Shown in pieces: positions 59,054 through 64,000 of a stretch of DNA of 64,000 bases; positions within the stretch are counted from its first letter, which is position 1, and the number at the start of each line of letters is the position of its first letter. The notes under the pieces are model-generated. The model ran no database searches. It saw only the letters and a program-made list of their open reading frames with translations, and was not told the DNA's origin. The stretch lies in the NCBI GenBank assembly GCA_041659205.1, contig JBAZYS010000001.1, positions 123,166-187,165 on the forward strand, written 5' to 3'. The position numbers were made by a program, and so were the translations under genes. The DNA is from Minisyncoccota bacterium. Its GTDB lineage: Bacteria > Patescibacteriota > Minisyncoccia > Phycocordibacterales > UBA9973.

Positions 59054-60284
59054 TATTACAAAAATTTTAGCAGAAGAAATCAAGGATTCAAGGGGGAATC
59101 CGACTGTAAAGGTGACAGTCTCTGTTGGGGAGGCCTCAGCAAGTTTTTCGGTGCCGTCTGGGGCCTCTACGGGCGCTCATGAGGCACATGAACTGCGGGA
59201 TGCTGATGGGAAGGGGGTAAAGAGTGCAATAGAAAAAATAAATAATGATATTGCGAAGGCTTTGCTTGGAAAAGACATTTTAAATCAAAAAGAAATAGAC
59301 AGAATTATGATTGAGCTAGATGGTACATACAATAAGGATAACCTTGGAGGTAATTCTATGATTGGGGTGAGCATCGCTTGTGCAAAAGTTGCAGCTAAGG
59401 TTACTAATCAAGAAACATATGAATATTTGCAAACACTTGCAGAAATTAAACCTTCCCGAAAAGTTCCTTTTTTATATATGAATTTGATAAACGGGGGAAA
59501 GCATGCAAAAAATGATTTAGCTTTTCAGGAATATCATATTGTCCCAGATACAGAAGATATAAAGGAAGCTGTAGAAATAGGAATAACAATCCAAAATACT
59601 CTTAAAGAAATAATTTTGAAAGATTTAGGTGAAGAATCTGTGGCTCTCGGGGACGAAGGAGGTTTTGCACCAAAAATAAGTGATATCAAGCAACCACTTT
59701 TTTATCTAAGGGCAGCAATAAAACAAAATGATTTAGAGGGCAAGGTTCGTCTTGCGCTCGACGTAGCTTCCTCTTCTTTTTATGAAAATCCTGCCCGCAC
59801 TGGCGGGGGAATTTATAAAGTTGACGGTAAGGATATTTCGAAAGAGGAATTGATGGATATATATCTTTCTTTCGTGAAAGAATTTAATTTACTATCTATC
59901 GAAGATCCTTTTGACGAGGAAGATTTTGATAGCTTTAAAAAGTTGAAAGAAAATAATGAAGTAATAGTAGTTGGGGATGATTTAACTGTCACTAATAAGA
60001 TTTTGTTAAAAGAAGCGATAGACAAAGGGAGTATTAGTGCGATGATAATTAAACCGAACCAAATAGGCACTCTGACTGAGACATTGGAAACCATGAAACT
60101 GGCTCGGGAGAATGATATAGAGCTCATCGTTAGTCACCGAAGTGGAGAAACAGATGATGATTTTATTGCAGACCTTGCTTTTGCTTTTAATTGTTTTGGA
60201 ATGAAGGCTGGTTCTCCACAAAAAGCTGAAAGAATGGTAAAGTATCAAAGGCTAATAAAGATTAGCAATTTATTATTAATGTAA
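59046..60284 (+). CDS. eno: Enolase
   Basis: DSRGNPT, VPSGASTG, GDEGGFAP, VSHRSGET. Confidence 0.97.
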   Translation: MNNITKILAEEIKDSRGNPTVKVTVSVGEASASFSVPSGASTGAHEAHELRDADGKGVKSAIEKINNDIAKALLGKDILNQKEIDRIMIELDGTYNKDNLGGNSMIGVSIACAKVAAKVTNQETYEYLQTLAEIKPSRKVPFLYMNLINGGKHAKNDLAFQEYHIVPDTEDIKEAVEIGITIQNTLKEIILKDLGEESVALGDEGGFAPKISDIKQPLFYLRAAIKQNDLEGKVRLALDVASSSFYENPARTGGGIYKVDGKDISKEELMDIYLSFVKEFNLLSIEDPFDEEDFDSFKKLKENNEVIVVGDDLTVTNKILLKEAIDKGSISAMIIKPNQIGTLTETLETMKLARENDIELIVSHRSGETDDDFIADLAFAFNCFGMKAGSPQKAERMVKYQRLIKISNLLLM

Positions 60285-60297
60285 AAAAAAGTTATTT

Positions 60298-62712
60298 ATG
60301 ACAGAAAATTTTGTAAAGTGGTTTAATGAGGTAGGTATTGATGATGTTTCTGTTGTGGGGGGTAAAAATGCTGCACTTGGAGAAATGTATTCTAACCTTG
60401 TACCGCTTGGTGTGAATGTTCCAGATGGCTTTGCTATTACGGCTGATGCTTATCGTCATTTTTTTAAAAAAACTGGTTTAGATGAAAAAATTAAAGAAAT
60501 TCTTGCAGATTTAAATACAAAAGACATTCGTAATTTGCAGGTCCGTGCTAAAAAGTGCCGCGAGGCAATATTGAAAGCTACTTTGCCTCAAGATTTACAA
60601 AACACGATTACAGAATCATATAAAAAATTAGGTGAAAAGTATGGAAAGAACACTGTTGTTGCTGTTCGTTCATCGGCAACAGCGGAAGACCTCCCTGGAG
60701 CTTCTTTTGCTGGACAGCAAGAAACATACTTAAATGTTCACGGTATTGAAAACATTCTCACTTCGACAAAGAAATGTATTGCTTCACTCTTTACTGATAG
60801 AGCTGTTTCCTATCGTGCGGATAAAGGATTCTCACATTTTGATGCTGCTTTGTCTGTCGGTATTCAGCTAATGGTGCGTTCAGATATTTCTTCTTCAGGG
60901 GTGGCATTTACTATCGATACTGAAACAGGTTTTGATAAAGTTATTGTTGTTACAGGAATATATGGTCTCGGAGAATTTATTGTCCAGGGTAAAGTTATTC
61001 CAGATGAATTTATTATTTTTAAACCAAGTCTAGATAATAATAGTAAAAATCCTATAATTGGTAGAAATATAGGAAAGAAAAACATAAAGCTTGTTTATGC
61101 AAAAGATGGAACAAAAGAAGAAAAAGTTTCAACATTGGATCAGCAAAAATTCTCTATTACAAACGAGGAGGCAGTAAAACTTGCAAAATGGTGTTACCAA
61201 ATAGAGAAATATTTTTCTAAGAAACATAACCGTTATCAGCCAATGGATATCGAATGGGCCAAAGATGGAAAAACAGGAGAACTTTTCATTGTGCAGGCTC
61301 GCCCAGAAACAGTTGTTTCCGGACAAGATAAGAATGTTTTAAAAGAATATAAATTAAAGAAAACGAGCAAAGTTTTAGTAAGTGGTATTGCCGTCGGTTC
61401 AAAAATAGGAAGTGGAAAGGTCCGCGTTTTGCATAATGCAAAAAGTATAAACTCCTTCCAAAAAGGAGAAGTACTTGTGACTGAGATTACTGATCCTGAT
61501 TGGGAGCCAATTATGAAGATTGCGAGTGCCATAGTCACAGATAAAGGTGGACGTACTTCTCATGCGGCTATTGTGTCTCGTGAACTTGGTATACCTTGTA
61601 TCGTCGGTTCAAACAATGCGACTAAGGTACTTAAAAATGGCAAGGATGTGACTGTAGACTCTTCAGGAGGTCAGGTAGGGAATGTATATGAGGGGATTAT
61701 TCCTTTTGAAATTATTGAACATCATTTAGATAAGATTCCAAAAGTAGCGACAAAGATAATGGTGAATATTGGTTCTCCTGATGAAGCATTCAAAAATTAT
61801 AATCTTCCAGCACAAGGCGTCGGCCTAGGTAGACTCGAGTTTATTATTGCTTCACATATCGGGGTACATCCAAATGTGTTAATTGATTATAAAAAATTTA
61901 AAGGAGAAAAAAAGACTCCGGAGATAAATAAAGTTCTTAAAAAAATCGATGAACTAACTCCTCTATACAAAGATAAACCACAATTTTATGTTGACAACCT
62001 AGCACTCGGAATTGCGAAAATCGGGGCTACGTTTTATCCAGAAAAAGTTATTATTCGTTTTTCTGATTTTAAGACGAATGAATACCGCACACTCTTGGGT
62101 GGTGATATGTATGAACCGCAAGAGGAAAACCCAATGCTCGGATGGCGTGGAGCGTCTCGTTACTATGATCCTAAATTTAAAGAAGCATTTAGCCTCGAGT
62201 GTAAAGCAATGAAAATTGTACGTGAAGATATGGGGCTTACGAATGTCGTCCCAATGATTCCATTTTGCCGAACTCCAGAAGAAGGGAAGCAAGTAGTGGA
62301 AGTAATGAAAGAATTTGGCCTAGATAGAGCGAAAGATAAAGATCTTCATATCTATGTAATGTGCGAGATACCTTCAAACATTCTTCTCGCTGATGAATTT
62401 CTGGAAATCTTCGATGGTATGTCTATCGGTTCGAATGATTTAACTCAGCTTACCCTAGGGCTCGATCGAGATTCTGGAATAGTTACTCATATTGCAAATG
62501 AAAACAATTCTGCAGTTAAAAAACTTGTCGCTCAAATAATTCATAAATGTAAAGAAAAAGGGAAGTACATTGGTATTTGTGGCCAGGCGCCTTCAGACTA
62601 TCCAGAGTTCGCACAGTTCCTCGTAGACGAGGGTATTGAGAGTATGTCACTCAATCCTGATACAGTTATCAAGATTCTTACAGCGTTAGGGAAAAATCAA
62701 AAAAATAATTAA
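60298..62712 (+). CDS. ppsA: Phosphoenolpyruvate synthase
   Basis: VGGKNAALGEM, AVRSSATAEDL, GGRTSHAAIVSRE, SIGSNDLTQ. Confidence 0.97.
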   Translation: MTENFVKWFNEVGIDDVSVVGGKNAALGEMYSNLVPLGVNVPDGFAITADAYRHFFKKTGLDEKIKEILADLNTKDIRNLQVRAKKCREAILKATLPQDLQNTITESYKKLGEKYGKNTVVAVRSSATAEDLPGASFAGQQETYLNVHGIENILTSTKKCIASLFTDRAVSYRADKGFSHFDAALSVGIQLMVRSDISSSGVAFTIDTETGFDKVIVVTGIYGLGEFIVQGKVIPDEFIIFKPSLDNNSKNPIIGRNIGKKNIKLVYAKDGTKEEKVSTLDQQKFSITNEEAVKLAKWCYQIEKYFSKKHNRYQPMDIEWAKDGKTGELFIVQARPETVVSGQDKNVLKEYKLKKTSKVLVSGIAVGSKIGSGKVRVLHNAKSINSFQKGEVLVTEITDPDWEPIMKIASAIVTDKGGRTSHAAIVSRELGIPCIVGSNNATKVLKNGKDVTVDSSGGQVGNVYEGIIPFEIIEHHLDKIPKVATKIMVNIGSPDEAFKNYNLPAQGVGLGRLEFIIASHIGVHPNVLIDYKKFKGEKKTPEINKVLKKIDELTPLYKDKPQFYVDNLALGIAKIGATFYPEKVIIRFSDFKTNEYRTLLGGDMYEPQEENPMLGWRGASRYYDPKFKEAFSLECKAMKIVREDMGLTNVVPMIPFCRTPEEGKQVVEVMKEFGLDRAKDKDLHIYVMCEIPSNILLADEFLEIFDGMSIGSNDLTQLTLGLDRDSGIVTHIANENNSAVKKLVAQIIHKCKEKGKYIGICGQAPSDYPEFAQFLVDEGIESMSLNPDTVIKILTALGKNQKNN

Positions 62713-62716
62713 TCTG

Positions 62717-62787
62717 TGCGGGATGCGGGAATCGAACCCGCGTCTAATCCTTGGGAAGGATCCGTCATACCACTAAACTAATCCCGC
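62717..62787 (-). tRNA. tRNA-Gly(CCC)
   Basis: Acceptor GCGGGAT/ATCCCGC, anticodon loop TTCCCAA, GGTTCGATTCC. Confidence 0.95.
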
Positions 62788-62870
62788 TTGTTATTAAAAT
62801 ATAGCGTTATTTAAGACGCTTGACAAGTATGCTATAATTAGAATATTAAAAGATAATTTATAAAAAAAGT

Positions 62871-63104
62871 ATGCAAAATGTAACTATTTATTCAACCCCA
62901 ACCTGTCATTATTGCCACATGGCAAAAGATTTCTTTACTGCAAACAGTATTGTCTATACGGAATACGATGTAGCATCTGATCTTGAAAAAAGAAAAGAAA
63001 TGATGGAAAAAAGCGGACAAATGGGCGTGCCTGTAATTGTAATAGGGGACGAACTTACTGTTGGCTTCGATAAACCGAAGATAGCTCAGCTACTAGGTCT
63101 CTAA
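62871..63104 (+). CDS. Glutaredoxin-like (NrdH/YruB-type) redoxin
   Basis: YSTPTCHYC, GQMGVPVI, VGFD. Confidence 0.92.
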   Translation: MQNVTIYSTPTCHYCHMAKDFFTANSIVYTEYDVASDLEKRKEMMEKSGQMGVPVIVIGDELTVGFDKPKIAQLLGL

Positions 63105-63125
63105 ATTGTAATTAGCACACAAACT

Positions 63126-63152
63126 AAAAAACATGCAGAAATGCATGTTTTT
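63126..63152. terminator. Bidirectional terminator
   Basis: aaaaaacatgca-gaaa-tgcatgttttt. Confidence 0.75.
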
Positions 63153-63161
63153 ATGTTTGTG

Positions 63162-63233
63162 TGCCCTCGGCAGGAATCGAACCTACATCTACTCCTTAGG
63201 ACGGAACTGTTCTATCCATTGAACTACGAGGGC
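63162..63233 (-). tRNA. tRNA-Arg(CCU)
   Basis: Acceptor GCCCTCG/CGAGGGC, anticodon loop GTCCTAA, GGTTCGATTCC. Confidence 0.93.
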
Positions 63234-63306
63234 TATGACTATAATCTAGCATACAAAAAGCCTATTTGGAATTGGTTTTTTTTATGTTTTATGCTAAATT
63301 ATAAAC

Positions 63307-63585
63307 ATGGATCCTGAGTCCAAAAAATTATTAGAAGATACTTTTGCCCTTGCGCAAGAGAATAATCATATGCTTCATAAGGTTAGAAATGTTCAGAAAT
63401 GGGCTACCTTTTGGCAAATGCTTAAAATATTTATAATAATTGGAGTTGCATTGGGTGCATTTTACTTTTTAGACCCTTATTTGAATAAGATTGTAGAAGT
63501 GTATAATTCAATTTCCGGTACAGGCCAAAAATTTAATGATACAAATAATTCATTTCAGGATTTTTTGAAAAAATTTCAAAATTAA
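63307..63585 (+). CDS. Hypothetical single-TM protein
   Basis: LLEDTFALAQENNHMLHKVR followed by a TM helix. Confidence 0.8.
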   Translation: MDPESKKLLEDTFALAQENNHMLHKVRNVQKWATFWQMLKIFIIIGVALGAFYFLDPYLNKIVEVYNSISGTGQKFNDTNNSFQDFLKKFQN

Positions 63586-63606
63586 GCCGAGGTAGCTGTT
63601 TTGGTA
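63586..63606 (+). repeat. Degenerate copy of the tRNA-Phe 5' end, 71 nt upstream of the tRNA
   Basis: gccgaggtagct-gtt-ttggta vs gccgaggtagct-cag-ttggta. Confidence 0.75.
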
Positions 63607-63656
63607 AATATACGCAGTTAGTAAGGTGTAAATAAGTTTTAGTTAAGATATCGAAT

Positions 63657-63729
63657 GCCGAGGTAGCTCAGTTGGTAGAGCGCTCCCCTGAAGAGGGAGA
63701 TGTCACCAGTTCAACTCTGGTCCTCGGCA
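63657..63729 (+). tRNA. tRNA-Phe(GAA)
   Basis: Acceptor GCCGAGG/CCTCGGC, anticodon loop CTGAAGA, AGTTCAACT T-loop. Confidence 0.96.
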
Positions 63730-63730
63730 C

Positions 63731-63768
63731 ATAAAAACAAAACCCGCTTAGGCGGGTTTTGTTTTTAT
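63731..63768. terminator. Bidirectional terminator
   Basis: ataaaaacaaaacccgc-ttag-gcgggttttgtttttat. Confidence 0.85.
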
Positions 63769-64000
63769 TAGATAGATTTTACTTTTACTGAATTCTTTTT
63801 TTCTTTGTCTACTTTTCTGATTTTGATAGTTACGAGGCCGTGTCTTTCTGTTGCTTCTACTTGTTCGGGTTCTACTTCCGCAGGAAGGGAGATAGTACGA
63901 GAAAATTTACCCCAGTAGAGTTCTTTTGTAAAATAATTCTCTTCATCTATATTTCTATTTTCTTCACGCTGTCCTCGGATGGTGATGATATCTCGAGCGA
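63768..64000 (-). CDS. Hsp20/alpha-crystallin small heat-shock protein, 3' part (starts beyond the window)
   Basis: DIITIRGQR...KELYWGKFSRTISLPAEV...HGLVTIKIRK, stop at 63768. Confidence 0.9.
   Translation of the reverse strand, partial: ARDIITIRGQREENRNIDEENYFTKELYWGKFSRTISLPAEVEPEQVEATERHGLVTIKIRKVDKEKKNSVKVKSI

Noticed and set aside
1-64000. DGR, retron, prophage or defence island
   Set aside because: No reverse transcriptase, integrase, nuclease or phage structural cluster, and no adenine-specific TR/VR pair was seen.

Overview
AT-rich bacterial chromosome segment (genetic code 11). Gene content and promoter style suggest Patescibacteria/CPR (Parcubacteria-like); this is inferred, not directly shown. 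Contents: a 13-kb cluster of three giant secreted proteins (two beta-propeller paralogues flanking a membrane-anchored Ig/Fn3 stalk); a SpeA-like decarboxylase; rnpB; five tRNAs (Ala, Asn, Gly, Arg, Phe); MFS, SIMPL and MgtA genes; a GH130/mannose cluster; translation and replication genes (raiA, fmt, def, hisS, lepB, pth, dnaE, lepA); pentose-phosphate and lower-glycolysis genes (gap, rpiB, rpe, split tkt, PfkB kinase, D-2-hydroxyacid dehydrogenase, glycerate kinase, eno, ppsA); and a secreted tail-fibre-like S74 protein. No CRISPR, integrase, transposase or RT is present. Best leads: (1) reciprocally split Fn3/Ig domains shared between the anchorless propeller proteins and the anchored stalk, suggesting a strand-swap docking clasp; (2) a prfB-type +1 frameshift cassette (GGAGG-TTA-CTT-TGA) in a non-prfB membrane-protein gene; (3) a family of structured palindromic elements with a shared core but locus-specific inverted arms, one sitting in-frame in fmt; (4) degenerate tRNA 5'-end copies one tRNA-length upstream of two tRNAs; (5) pervasive leaderless gene starts contrasting with small SD-led islets.
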